Positions 14,701-28,607 of a stretch of 64,000 nucleotides of DNA are shown in pieces. Position 1 is the stretch's first letter. Each line of letters starts with the position of its first letter. The stretch covers positions 86,738,001-86,802,000 of the forward strand of contig OX597817.1 in the NCBI GenBank assembly GCA_951406725.2, in the 5' to 3' direction. The DNA is from Octopus vulgaris (Eukaryota). Under the pieces are notes generated by a model. It was not told the origin of the DNA. It saw only the letters and a list, made by a program, of their open reading frames with translations, and ran no database searches. Both the position numbers and the translations under genes were made by a program.

Positions 14701-17088
14701 TTATTTTTAAAATTATTTTCAAATAGTCATTGGGCTTTTAATATTTGGCTGTTTTGATATTTCATCTGTCTTTACATTCTGAGTTAAAATTCTGCCAAGG
14801 TTGACTTTGCCCTTCACCCTTTCAGGGTTGATAAATTAAGTAGCAGTTACATACTGGAGATCAATCTAATTGACTGCCCCCTCCCCAAAAAAAATTTCAG
14901 GCCTTGTGCCTAGAGTAGAAAAGAATATTTGACTGTTTTGGACTTAATTTAACACTTGTCATGTATGTGGTGTGCCCCAGGTGTCTTGTTTTCATAAGTT
15001 TTGAATGAAAATATTCCACCAGGTGTCTTGTTTTCATAAGTTTTGAATGAAAATATTCCACCAAGCCTTAGTCACAATTTACGTTCCTAACACTAGATTA
15101 ATGATAATTAAGTTATTTTACTAAATTCTTTGTTATATTTAAAATAGTTGAAAGAAACACAGAGCATCTCAAAATAAATACAGTAATGAAAGGGTTTAAG
15201 TTTAGCTGAAGCAGATTTGAAAATTTGGAATTTACATCAAAAAGTAATAAAGCTGTATAGAGTATACACATTTTTTTTTTCTTTTTGTTTAACATATTAT
15301 AAAGTTAAAGTTTCTCATTGTTAGTAGCCATGTATAATATTTCATCAGCATGGTATAACTTGAGACAAATAAATCTACATACAACAAACTTGATATATAT
15401 TCCTATTCATAAATTTCTCTTTCGAAAACTTTCAACATTTGTATTTTTGTTTACTTTTCCTGAGAATAGCCTTTGTACTGCACTGGTGTCAGCTATAAAA
15501 GTGCATCTGTTTATAGAAAGCCAACATCTGATTGTTGTTAGGTTTTCTCTTTTCTTGTGTGAGTGCATTTGTTTTGTTTTGTTTTTTTGTGGGGGGGGGG
15601 GGTCTTAGAAAATCAAATTGATTTTATACTGACGTGTTGCCACAGCCGAAAAAATGTTTAGGCAATGATGTTTTTCAAAAAACTGACATTTTTTTATTAT
15701 GCATATTTGTTTTTAAGTAGCCTTAGGATTCTTATCAGATATTTAAGATCTGGTAATTTTTTTTCTTTGATTAAAAAAAAATTAATTATCCAAAATATAC
15801 CATTAAAATCATTTAAAAAAAATTTTTTTTTTAATAAATTTTATATATATATTGACAATTTTAACTACATCAAATATATTGACAGTATAGTCATGATTTG
15901 AACACCATTGTGTTATTATAGTGGGTTATTGGATTACAGATAAAATTTTAAATGGTATATGTTCTTATAGCATGTATATTGCTGGTTGAGGTATGTAGCA
16001 GTGTGTGTGTATAAAATATATATAAGACTACATTTTACCATTTGATTGTTTCCATTTCAGTTCTATATTTTACTTGTAAATCACTTTGTTGTGTCAGTAA
16101 AAATCAGTAAGCAGTATTGAGTAATATAGTCTTATAGCTGCACTTATGAAAATATAATGAACATTTAATGTATATAGAAAAATTCAATATCATTATAGTG
16201 GTTTAAACACTTCATTTACGCATAAATTTAACTTGGACTATAGATATAACCTTTAGCTTCCCAAATTTGGCCACACTCTTAGAACCAGAAAATGGATAAC
16301 ATTTAGTTCTAATTGTATGCAGCCCTAATATTAAGTTAAGAAAATTTAGGAAAAGAAACGTGTTTCATATGTTAATAAATCTGGTATCTAGTTCTCTGAA
16401 ATGTATCCTATGTGAGCATAATTATTTTATTGTACCCTGTTTAAAAGTAGCACAGATGTAATATACTAAGTAGGAATTTCATTGCTTAATGACTGGGTTC
16501 AAATTCTGCCAGTCAGTTTTGACTTTGCATTTACTTGTCTTGCAAGTTACTTGGTCATTTCACTGCTGCTAGTACCATGTAAAAAGTCTCCAGTACATTT
16601 TGTAAAGTGGTTGGCATTAGGAAGGGCATCCAGCCATAAAAACCTTGCTAGTCTTCTGATTTGCCAGCTCTTGTCAAACCATCCAATACCAGTTGTCAAG
16701 TAGAGGTAGGACACACACACAGTGTGTGTGTGTATGTATACACGCACACACAACTGGCAGCTTTCAATTTCCTTCCACCAAATGTATTCACAAGGCTTTG
16801 GTTGGCTACTGTAGACACTTTGCCCAAGGTGCCAACGTAGTGGGACTGAACCAGAACCATGTGGTTGAGAAGCAAGCTTCTTACCACACAGCCACACATG
16901 CACTATGTAAATTATCTTAATGTGAAGGTATTATCAGTTCACTGATAATGTTTGAACTCTGAATGCAGAACAACAAACTTAATGACTGTACCAACTAACT
17001 ACACATTGTTCTGAATTCAGATCCAACCAGAGTCAACAATGTCTTTAATTCTATGAATGTTTATTAATAAACTAAGTACCAGTGCTGT

Positions 17089-17346
17089 GAAGGTGCATGT
17101 GCTGTGTGGTTAAAGCATCAGACTCACAATCAAGAGGAAGTGAGTTGCAACGTCACTGGTACCAAGCTGTATCGGCCTTTGCTTTTCCTTGGATAACATC
17201 AGTGGTGTGGAGAGGGGAGGCTGATATGCATGGGTGACTGCTGGTCTTCCACAAACAACCTTACCTGGACTTGTGCCTCGGAAGAGAACTTTCTAGGTGC
17301 AATCTCATGGTCATTCATGATCGAAGGGTTCTTTATCTTTACCTTT
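17089..17346 (+). mobile_element. third SINE type, inserted into an older SINE
   Basis: 12-bp TSD taccagtgctgt (17077-17088 / 17347-17358); tRNA-like head gtggttaaagcatcagactc; (ctttac)-like tail. Confidence 0.78.
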
Positions 17347-17884
17347 TACCAGTGCTGTACTGATGTTAATTGAAACTAATTCTAGCTCCTATAATTCTCC
17401 ATCTTTTACTATTACATAAAATAATTATTTCCAAAGTAATTATATTGTGTGCTTCTGCTATATGGTATATAGCACAATCATTTGTATGCTCTATGTTCAG
17501 TGTTAATTAAATGGCTCTTGTTTTGAGTGGGTTTTCATTTCTTTTCATTGTAGTATATGAAGGGAAAAATAATTATCTTGCTGGCTGTGTATCCAATGAT
17601 TTTAGTTATATTTTTGACTCTGTGTAACATATGTTGCAACATTGTACAAAGACATGATACGGTCATCCTCTGCTCTACAGGATTCAAGTAGCAAAAATAA
17701 TGTAAACCTGCTGGAAACAGACTCACAACTTCTGTAAATTCTGTTTTCTAGCCTCACATTCTCTGTCTTCATTTCCATACCTTTATAATTGCATGAGTTC
17801 TCCATTTTTAAAGTTATGCTCTTATCTGCTGGAAGACACACACACACGTATATGTGAGTATGTAGTGAGTGTGTGTGTGTGTGT

Positions 17885-18290
17885 ACTCTTTTATTCTTCT
17901 TTCACTTGCTTCAGTCATTTGACTGCAGCCATGCTGGAGAATTGCCTTAAAGGGTTTTTAGTTGAAGAAATCAATCCCAGGACTTATTTGCAAGCCAGCA
18001 CTTATACTATTGGTCTCTTTTGCTGAACTACTAAGTTACAAGAGATGTAAACACACTAGCATCAGTTGTCAAGTGATGGTGGTGGGAACAAACAGACACT
18101 CGCATAAATATATAAACATACATATACGATGGGCTTCTTTCAGTTTCCATCTACCAAATCCACTCACAAGGCTTTCGTCAGCCCAAGGCTATAGTAGAAG
18201 ATACTTGCCCAAGGTCCCATGCAGTGGGACTGAACCTTGAACCATGTGGCTGGAAACCAAGCTTCTTACCACTCATCATGCCTGTATCTA
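17885..18290 (-). mobile_element. tRNA-derived SINE with CORE-like block, near full length; family copies at ~1-100, 7380-7545, 9435-9620 plus 10540-10697, 16750-16900, 19137-19260, 21170-21580, 22981-23348, 24018-24380, 25690-25850, 30865-31180, 35000-35160, 46830-46980
   Basis: Head tggctgtgtggtaagaagcttgct...ggttcagtccc (A/B boxes), ccttgggcaagt block, internal (TG)n, tail gactgaaacaagtaaaaga. Confidence 0.88.
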
Positions 18291-21135
18291 TATATTCTTT
18301 TAATTACTATACATGTATATATAATCATCTTTTAATGTCCATCTTACATGTTGGTGTAGGTTGGTTGGTTCACCAGGATCTGACAAGTTAGAGGGCTGCA
18401 TCATGCACCAGTGTCTTCTTTGATATGGTTTCTACAGTTTGATGCCCTTCATAACACTAGTCACTTTAGAAAGGGTACTGGGTGCTTTTTTTGTGTACCA
18501 TGTAGCTTACAAGACTAAAAGCCTCCTTGACTAAGTAAGAATGTAGTAGAGAAACAGGTAATTGAGGGTTAATGTATGATGAAAAGAACATTTTTATTGC
18601 TATAGAGGAGGTACATAGCTACCCGGCATTATAAAAAGGTGGGTGACAGTAATTGGTGTGGAGCTGAGAGAGATGATATGTCAAAACATACCTTCATGGT
18701 ACAAGGTGAACAGAAGAGAGTATGGGGAGAGGAAGTGATGACAGGCAGTAAAGAAAGATGAAGAGCAGCAGAATAGTAATGATTCAGTAGATAGGGGAAG
18801 GATAAGAAAGAGATAGGAACATGGCAGGTGGAGATGGGTGGATAAAGGTTGCCAAGATATGGAGAAAGAGGGAGAGTTATGTTGTAATTATGATGGAGGT
18901 GGACATAAGGGTGAGCATATCATCATCATCATCATCATCATCGTTTAATGTCAGTTCTCCATGCTAGCATGGGTTGGATGGTTCGACTGGGGATCTGGGA
19001 ATAGTAAGTTACAAATTTCTTTCAACTTACTAAAACCCTCTAAGGCAGTGCTACAGCATTGCTACTGTCGAATTACAAACAAAGAATATGTATGCACACA
19101 CACACACACACACACACGTATATATTCATACATATATATGGCCATGTGGTTAAGAAGTTAGCTTTTCAACCACATGGTTTCGGGTTCAGTCCCATTGCAT
19201 GGCAACTTGAGCAAGTCACTTCTACTGTAGCCCCAAGTCAGTCAAAGTTTTGCAAATGGATACTTGTAAACCTGTGGTCACTGTTGTATAAACAGTGTTG
19301 TTTGTTTTCAATCATTGATGTAAACTTGTTCTGCCATGGGGAAATAGTAGCTTGCTTGGAAACAGGAAGAGCATCTGCCATAGAAAATCTGTCTCAACAA
19401 ATTCCATTGTTCCCATGTAAGCATCGAAAATTTGGATGTTAAAAATTGTGATAATAATTATGAAGGCAAAAAGTTGAAGGAATCAAGACTCCCTTCTAAG
19501 TACAGTGAATGCTAAAATCTGTAGATAAAGGTAGATAAATCTGTAGACTCAAGGATTATGGTAGACACAGGGATAAAGGGATGGAGGGGGGCCGGTGGTA
19601 TCAGGGATTACTGAGAAAGAGGCAGTAATAAAGAGTAATAATTCCTTCACTTTATAGCATTGCATCCAGGCTGTGGAATTACTCTCTCTTCTGTAATAAC
19701 TTATTAGGCAATGCTTAAGTTAAAATTACTCTCTCTTCTGTAATAACTTATTAGGCAATGCTTAAGTTAAATTGTGTATTTTTTGCTTTTAGTATTCTAT
19801 ATTTCTAAAGAAATATCAGGGGAAACAAATGTAACTGTAGTGTAGCAAGATAAGTTTGGTTGTGTTGGCAGAATTAGTACTATCCTATATTGTAAGGGAA
19901 AGTATGGACTGAAGGTGTGAAGGGAAGTGGGACATAAATGAGGGTGGCAAGGATTTGGAGTGAGCCATTGAAGGAAAGAAAGGTGTAGTGGGTGTGGGCT
20001 TGTGAGTGGGAGATGAGAGGGGGTGTTTGGGGGACAGAGGAAACCAAACATTAGATGAGTGCAGTTAGAGCATGAAGGGAAAGAGAGATGGGAGGAAAAC
20101 AGAGCATGAAAGTAAAAGAAGCTTCCTAGGTAGGGGAGGGGGACCATGGAAAGACTGCAATAAGAGAAAAATATGGGAGGGTACCCTAGAGGTGTAAGGG
20201 TTGGTAGTGAGGTAAAGACAAGGTGTCTTTTGGCAATATGATTGAGCCCCAGGAGTGAGTGAGTATGCTTCTGGTAGTACAGCAGGACTAAGCTAGTGTC
20301 CTGGGTGGGAGGGTGAGGGTGGTCCAATGCAGTCACTTATATGTTGGTCTTAGAGGATTATCGGTCAGGGTGACGTGGATGATGCGGCCTGCCCAGCTGG
20401 TGGTGGTATGATGAGACAGGAGTTATGAAGGATGCCAAGTGGGCAGAGTTTGCTAGGTTACTTTTTTTTTTTTTTATGAATGTATAGCATTACAAATAAC
20501 TACATTATTCTGTGTAAGAACTCCAAATGAAAACTGATAGTTTGTGATCATTTCATTTCAGAATCCAACTTCCTAGCTGTCTACCAACATATTTCATGGA
20601 AGTTCAACAGTCTATTAGGGAGGGGAATGGGAGTTTACAGCAGTATGTTTAGGATGGTAGATTAGACCAAAGGTATCCAGAGGTACTTACTTGATAGCTG
20701 GCCCCAGTGTATGGAAATTAGTTCAATAAACAAATGTGAGTTTTCCAAACAAAGTTAGACTGGGCCACTGGTAAAATAGAATGTAGTTTGTTACCTTTAT
20801 AAACATTAATTCAAACATTTTCTTTCATGTCAGTTTGATTTTGTAGTGACTGTTGTTTACAGCAATCAATGTGTGTGTGTAAAGTTGTTCTGTATGCTAC
20901 AGCCTTTATCCCAGGGAGACAACTCAATATTAACAGCTGTGACTAGTGAAAGAAAGTCTTTGGCTTAAGTGGCAGATGTAAAATAACAAAAAGAAGCAAA
21001 CAAAATATAAAATCTGTGACAAAGAGTTCCTGAATCTCTGGATGTGTATTATTACTGTATTTGGCAGAGATCTGTAATTCTGTTAGTAGACTACAAAGGT
21101 GGGTGGAACAAATGGAAAAGGTTGCCGGTCAAAGT

Positions 21136-21173
<38 letters not shown>

Positions 21174-22797
21174 CTGTGATGAGAAGCTTGCTTTCAACAA
21201 CATGGTTCTGGGTTCAATTCCACCATGTGACACCTTGGGCAAGTGTCTTCTACTATAGCTTTGGACCAACCAAAGCCTTGTGAGTTGATTTGGTTGGCAG
21301 AAACTGAAAAAGCCTATTGTGTGTGTGTCTGTCTGTTTGTCCCCCACTACTGCTTGACAACTGGTGTTGGTGTATCAATTTGCATTTTCAAACAGTAACG
21401 GATCTTTTTGGTTTGAACGGTAGTTTTTTCTAGCGGTGTCATACGAAATTGTCACCCATAATTATGACCCTTATATCCATGTAACTTAGCAGTTCAGCAA
21501 AAGGTTTGATAGAATAAGTATAGTGGTTGATTCATTTGACTGAAGCATAGCTACACTCTAATGACTGAAACAAGTAAAAGATATATATATATAATTATTA
21601 AAGTGAAAGGAATTTCTCATCTTTATTGAAAATTATCAAACTGATGAGGATTTCCATTTCTGCAAAAGTTTGTTAAATATTAGCATTACTGATTTTTAGT
21701 TCAAACTGCATCAACTTTAAAATGGGGCGGCTGTTTTCAATTTATTTCATGTTTGTGTCAGTTTATTTCTAAAACCTTTTAACATTCAGATTACTCTTTA
21801 TACATATTGTTTTGAATTAATCATGCATTGTCTCATAGCTTCAAGATTTCAAGGTTATTTTTAGTAGAGTAGGTGTGGGAGGCTGGATCTCACTGGCTGA
21901 TTTTGAACATAAAATGGATAGAATATTTGGACTGGATATGGTCTGTTTAAATGTTTAAAAATAATTTTTAAAAATATCATTTCTGGACTCTTGTAAGATT
22001 TAAAATAATTTTGCTTCAAAGATTTGACTGCATTAACATTTACTATGATATTCATGATAAGAATTATAATACTTTCTCTTTCTGTCTGATACTGTTTATT
22101 ACTACATTTTAACCATTTTATTACTACATTTTATCTGAAGAAATCTCTTTGATCATTAACATAATAAAAGGTGAGATATGGTGTTGGACTAGCTTCATGG
22201 ATTGCAAGGCCAAACTCACAGCTGGTATTTCTCTTTGTTTTTGAGACAAGCACTTTAATGCACCTCAGCTCACCTGGCTGTCAAAAGTCTGTAGACTGCA
22301 AAAGTTTTGCCTCATTTACTTAAAGTAAATAACTTATTAGGAAATGGTTAAGTTGAATTGTGTATTTTTTGCTTTTAGTATTCTATATTTCTAAAGAAAT
22401 ATCAGGGGAAACAAATGTAACTGTAGTGTAGCAATATAAGAAATCTATACAGATATCTTCAGAGTTATTTAAGCATGAATTCTGTAGTAAAGATTTTAAC
22501 AAAAACAGGACATCTATATAGAACATTAATAGCTGCCAAAAATCAAAACTGGCTCAGTGTGACCAGTGAACTATCAGATAAAAAATTGTGTTGTGAATAG
22601 AAGCACTGTAAAATTGACAATCTTTTATTAGCTTACATCTCATCTCATAGGTGTGGCTTGAAAACAGACAACCACCACTCCCTCTATAAATTGTACAAAG
22701 ATATTTTTGTAGCATCCTTATATCCCAATTTGCTATTTGTGAATTAATCAAGTGGGGTTGTAATTAGTAGTTGTATCACATCATTATCATTCTAGTT

Positions 22798-23391
22798 CAG
22801 TGGTTCTCAGCTTTTTTTTTCTTTTTGCCTATGGACCCCTTTGACTCCTATTTTACTCAGATGACCTACACCCCCCACACCATTTTAGGTTATCATAATT
22901 TTACATTTCTATAATTGAATATTATTAGAAATTGTATTAACAAAAGAATTTTGTGTAGAGTAGCAGTATAACCAATTTATTCTTTATCTTTGTTTCGATC
23001 ATTAGACTATGGCTGTGCTGGGGCACTGCCTTGAAGAATTTTAGTTGAACATATTAACGCTAGTACTTAGTTTTTTTGTAAAGCTTGGTACTTATTCTGT
23101 TGGTTTCTTCTGCCGAACTGCTAAGTTATAGGGACATAAACAAACCAACACCAGTTGTCAAGAGTTGAGAGGGGAGGCACACACACAATGGGTGTCTTTC
23201 AGTTTCTGTCTGCCAAGTATATTCAGAAGGCTTTGAACAGCCTGGGGCAATAGCAGAAGACACTTGCATGAGGTGCCATGCTGTGGGACTGAACTCGGGA
23301 CAATGTGGTTGGAAAGCAAGCTTCTTACTACACAGCCACGCCTGCACATAAATTTTAACAGTCTTATCTGGACCCTGGTTGAGAACCACTG
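22798..23391. mobile_element. hAT-type MITE with a nested SINE (22981-23348)
   Basis: TIRs cagtggttctca / tgagaaccactg; 8-bp TSD ttctagtt / atctagtt. Confidence 0.85.
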
Positions 23392-24676
23392 ATCTAGTTT
23401 AATAGATTTTTTAAAATTCTCCAGGTTGGGCATGGTTTAGATTTATAAAACTGTCTATGAAGTACTTCAATTTCGTTGTCTTAAATATCTCCTTATTACT
23501 TATTTATTAAGCAGTATGTTTTCACAATTAAATGCTATAGTATTTAACATTTATATGAAGCAACCAGTTATATTAAAACTGCTGGATTACATTGGAGTCT
23601 TCTAAAAACTAATTACTGCTTCTACAGTTAATTTCTGATAAATTCCTAATGTTCACTAGTATTTATCTGAAAGAGAAACAATAGAATAACTTTTTTTCTT
23701 CCAATTTGGTATTTCTTTAAGATACATAGTTTTTTAAATTGTTTGAATCTTACAATCAGAGCATTATTTTGGTTCCTCAAAATACAGTTTGGTTTGTGTC
23801 TTCATGATTTGTGTATACAAATTGTTGTTTAGCTACCTCGGGTTATTTTTATTAAGCTAACCTAAGATTAAAGACTTTCCATCTATGACCATTTCTCTTT
23901 TTTCCCAGTTCATTTTTGTAACATTTAAGTATTATTTGAGGGAGATTTAGTTGCTATATCTAGCTATTCAAGTAATCGTGGTGGCTTCTCTGTTAGCTGC
24001 CTTGTATAGATGAATGTTCTTTATCTTATCTTTTGTTTCAGTTATTGATCTGCAGCCATACTGGGGCACTGCTTTGAAGCATTTTAGTTGAATGAATCAT
24101 CCCAGTGCTTATCTTTAAAGCCTCAATCTCTTTTACTGAACTGCTAAGTTACTGAGGACATAAACAGACCAACACCAGTTGTCAAGTGGTGGTGGAGAAC
24201 ACACACATACATATGCACATATAGTGGGCTCCTCTTTCAATTTCCCTTTACCAAATCCACTCACAAGGCTTTGGTCAGCCCAGGACTATAGTGGAAAATA
24301 CTTGCCCAAGGCATCACACAGTGGGACTGAACCTGAAATCATATGATTGAGAAGCAAACCTCCAACCACACAGTCACATCATCACCTATGTTTTGGCTTC
24401 ACGTATTAACCAGCCCGAGTCAGAATAATTGGTAAAATTTAATTCTTGGAATATCTTGTACCTGTATAGTCGAGCAAATTGAGACTCCTAAATTTCATCC
24501 CTGTCTGCAGTTACCTTTGTTGAAGCTGCTATTAGTGACTTCCAGAATGTCACATGAAGCTGGTGGGTGGCCACACCAGTCAATTTGAAAGTCATTAACT
24601 CCTAATTTCCATCCCATTTCATTTGGGAAAGGGGTTTCTAATATTTCCTCCACACGGGTGAAATATACCTATCTCA

Positions 24677-25656
24677 TAATTAGCACAGATTATGTGAAAT
24701 AGAGCTGATAATTAGTGTAGATTATGTTAAATAGATATGCCTGATAATTAGCATAGATTATGTTAAATAGACATGCCTGATAATTAGCATAGATTATGTT
24801 AAATAGACATGCATGATAGTGTAGATTATGTTAAATAGACATGCCAGATAATGAGTGTAGATTATGCTAAATAGACATGCCAGATAATGAGTGTAGATTA
24901 TGCTAAATAGACATGCCAGATAATGAGTGTAGATTATGTTAAATAGACATGCCAGATAATGAATGTAGATTATGCTAAATAGACATGCCAGATAATGAGT
25001 GTAGATTATGCTAAATAGACATGCCAGATAATGAGTGTAGATTATGCTAAATAGACATGCCAGATAATGAATGTAGATTATGCTAAATAGACATGCCAGA
25101 TAATGAGTGTAGATTATGCTAAATAGACATGCCAGATAATGAGTGTAGATTATGCTAAATAGACATGCCAGATAATGAATGTAGATTATGCTAAATAGAC
25201 ATGCCAGATAATGAGTGTAGATTATCCTAAATAGACATGCCAGATAATGAGTGTAGATTATGCTAAATAGACATGCCAGATAATGAGTGTAGATTATGCT
25301 AAATAGACATGCCAGATAATGAGTGTAGATTATGCTAAATAGACATGCCAGATAATGAGTGTAGATTATGCTAAATAGACATGCCAGATAATGAGTGTAG
25401 ATTATGCTAAATAGACATGCCAGATAATGAATGTAGATTATGCTAAATAGACATGCCAGATAATGAGTGTAGATTATGCTAAATAGACATGCCAGATAAT
25501 GAATGTAGATTATGCTAAATAGACATGCCAGATAATGAGTGTAGATTATGCTAAATAAACATGCCAGATAATTAGTGTAGATTATGTTAGACATGCCTGA
25601 TAACTAGTATAGATTATGTTAAATAGACATGCCTGATAATTAGTGTAGATTATGTG
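24677..25656. repeat. 36-bp minisatellite, ~27 copies (gtagattatgctaaatagacatgccagataatgagt)
   Basis: Direct tandem repeat with a homogeneous centre and degenerate edges; explains the 12-aa-repeat ORF 24794-25594. Confidence 0.97.
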
Positions 25657-27043
25657 TAATACAGTTTATAGATTGTGTAATATAAACATAGCATGACTGT
25701 GAGGTTGCAAAGCTTGCTTCTGAAGCATGTGGTTTCAGGTTCAATCCCACTGCATTGCACCTTGAGCAAGTGTCTTCTACTATAGTCCTGAGCCAACCAA
25801 AGCTTTGTAAGTGGGTTTGGTAGAAAGAAACTGAAAGAAGCCCATTATGTGTGTGTGTGTGTGTGTACTCTTATCTTGACATATGATTGTAAATGAGCAT
25901 CACCATCACACAAGCAATGTTCATTTCCAGTCTTCCATGAAAAACCTGTCTGACCATGGAAAATATTACCCAGCTTGGAAACCGGTGAGGGTTGGCAACT
26001 GGTAGCTCATCCAGCTGAAAACCTACCTCAACAAAAGTCCATCTGACCCAAATAAGCATAGTAAAATGGACATTAAAGGATGGTGGTGATATGTGAAATA
26101 TATCTACCTGATAATCAGTATCTATTGTTTGAAATAGACCTTGTTAATTGTTAGATGACAGTAGTTTGTAGGTGCAATGGATTAGTGTAGTTGTTGTAAC
26201 ATGATTATCCCATCAGTGATCCAAATACTTCTTATAGTTAAATCTGCAACAACTTTATTTTCCACTGCAGACTCTCAATGGTACATGTGTAACATTATGT
26301 TGGCTTTAACCAGGGTACCTTGTTCTGTGGTAAACTTTAGTGGTAATGAGCCATTATAGCAAGTCTTGAGTTAAATATCAATGCTTCACATGTTTACAAT
26401 GAAAACCAACTTTGCACACTGTTTAACCTTCAATGTCACTAACTTTCTTTGTCACTGTCTTTTGTATTATTTTCTTTGTTTTGTTACTTCAAATACTGTA
26501 AGATTCTGACACTTGGTTGGGTTACAGAAAGCTTTGTTTTCTGTTTCACTCTTTAAAAAAAAAGGATGGATGTAAAGCTATGGACAAGAAATACTTCTGC
26601 ATCTAACAAGTCTCACTTCACCTTATCTAGCACAACAAAACCTGAAGACAGATGTTAGAGATCAAATACATTAACACTACTGTTAGAGATCAAATACATT
26701 AACATCATACAAATAATGTCTCGTCCTTCTCGTCACACACACACTCTTACTCTAGCCTAGATGTCTCCTTCATCTTTCTATATCTTCTTGTCTTGCCATT
26801 ATTCTGTTCCACTACTATTTATTTGAATGGCAGAATATAGATTCCTCTGGTGGGAAATGTAGTACTTCCCCACTTTTTTCACTTGCTTTTCAAACTGTAG
26901 GCTATGAATTTCTGGTGTCTCTCCTACATCCTGAAATGTAACTAGTTCACCATCTAGTTGGGCTTATGCCTCTCCCCCTCACCTGCACAATGTAACATTA
27001 TGAAAGATATTAAAGGAAGGCAGTATGTTATGTGGAGATATAT

Positions 27044-27279
27044 ATTTTTTATTTCTTTATTGCCCACAAGGGACTAAACATAGAGGGGACAAACAAGGAT
27101 AGACAAAGGGATTAAGTCAATTACACTGACCCCAGTGTGAAACTGGTATTTAATTTATCAACCCCGAAAGGATGAAAGGCAAAGTCAACCTCAGTGGAAT
27201 TTGAACTCAACGTAACGGCAGACAAAATACCGCTAAGCATTTCGCCTGGCATGCTAGCGTTTCTGCCAGTTCGCCGCCT
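27044..27279 (-). mobile_element. young tRNA-derived SINE with Meta-like central domain; copies at ~14700-14925, 37405-37580, 47388-47570, 48318-48580
   Basis: 13-bp TSD tgtggagatatat; gagttcaaattc B box; gactttgcctttcatcctttcggggttgataaa core. Confidence 0.88.
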
Positions 27280-28403
27280 TGTGGAGATATATCTTAGGTA
27301 GACTCAACATGACACAGATATAAATCCACCATTTAATTAATATCCATGGTACGTGCTGGCATAGGTTGGATGGTTTTACAGTATCTGATGAGAGCAAGGA
27401 CTGCATATGCTCAGAATGTCTGCTTTGGCATGGTTTCTAAGGCTGGATACACTTCCTATGCCAACCACTTTACAGCATGTACTAGGAATTTTTTTTTTTT
27501 TTCATGCCACCAGCACTAATGAGGTCATCATGCAGCTTGCTACTCTAATCTCCTAGCTCAAAACCACCTTTTAGAGTGGTTTTGTGCTTGGAGATTTAGA
27601 GGTTAAAGTATGAGAGAAGGGGCCAGAGTAGAACAGGTTTCTTGTTGTAAAGCAGCTATGTAAAAGAGAATGGAGGTCAACAGGGTGGAACTGGACAAGA
27701 TGAAAATAGTAGTGATGAGTTGTCTGGATAGACTCACAGGTATGAGGTGAGGAGAACTGAGAATGTTGGTGGGTTGAGGTTGCAGGAGTGTATGGGAAAG
27801 TGAGAGATGAGAAATGGTTGAAGGATGAATATAATGAAGTGCTAGGAATGATAAATGGGGAAGGTAAACAAGAGTAGGTGACTACTGTAAAGATTAGCTT
27901 GTAGTGAAAAGTAGATAGTTGGGAACTAACTAGATTTAAAGCAGATATTATACATAATTCAGCTTCATTTTCATAACAAGAAAAAGTGACAAATTGCAAA
28001 ACACCGTTTAGTTTTTATAGTGATGCTTGTTTTTATTTCACAAAAGGAAGTGGGGGGTGGGGGCTTGAATGCTCAAGTTTCCAATTTAAATTACTGCTGT
28101 CATGCAATACTGACATACTGCTAAACCATTACTGTAAACATGAGATGTATGCCATTGTAAATATTGCTGTAATGTTTTGTAAACAAAATTATGATTCATA
28201 AGTAAGCACTTATCAAAATAGGATATTCATTTTAAGTTTATTTTCCTGGTTTTTCTGAAATCCGAGAAGCACCAATAAGAACTATAATCATAACTGATTT
28301 TGACACTTGTTCACTGTGCAGCAAACCATATTTCTACATTATGAAAATTAACTCTTATTTTTGAAGTCAACAAATTGTTATAAGAGTTTATATATCTGAA
28401 ATA

Positions 28404-28607
28404 ATTCTTGTTCGAAACAGTGGATCTCAAAGCAAAGTACATAAAGCTATAAATAATACCATGTAAATATTGGGTTTTAAAAGTGAAAGGCTGCCTCTCA
28501 TTTCTGCAAAATATGTGGGTTCAAGTCCCACAGGTGTCCTTCCCCCAATATTTACATGCTATTATTTATAACTTTATGCTTCAAGATTCACAGTTCCCAA
28601 AAAGAAT
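28404..28607. repeat. fold-back element enclosing a tRNA T-arm-like hairpin
   Basis: Arms 28440-28474 and 28544-28578 pair at 33/35, with a weaker outer extension; tgtggg-ttcaagt-cccaca lies inside. Confidence 0.75.

Noticed and set aside
19797-20336. 179-aa Pro/Leu/His-rich ORF (also 27571-27999 and 60514-60780)
   Set aside because: Low-complexity purine/pyrimidine-biased DNA resembling old RTE 3' UTRs; no protein motifs or splice support.
24794-25594. 266-aa ORF (SIIYTHYLACLF)n, or a CRISPR-like array
   Set aside because: Translation of a 36-bp tandem repeat; no spacers, no cas genes, eukaryotic context.
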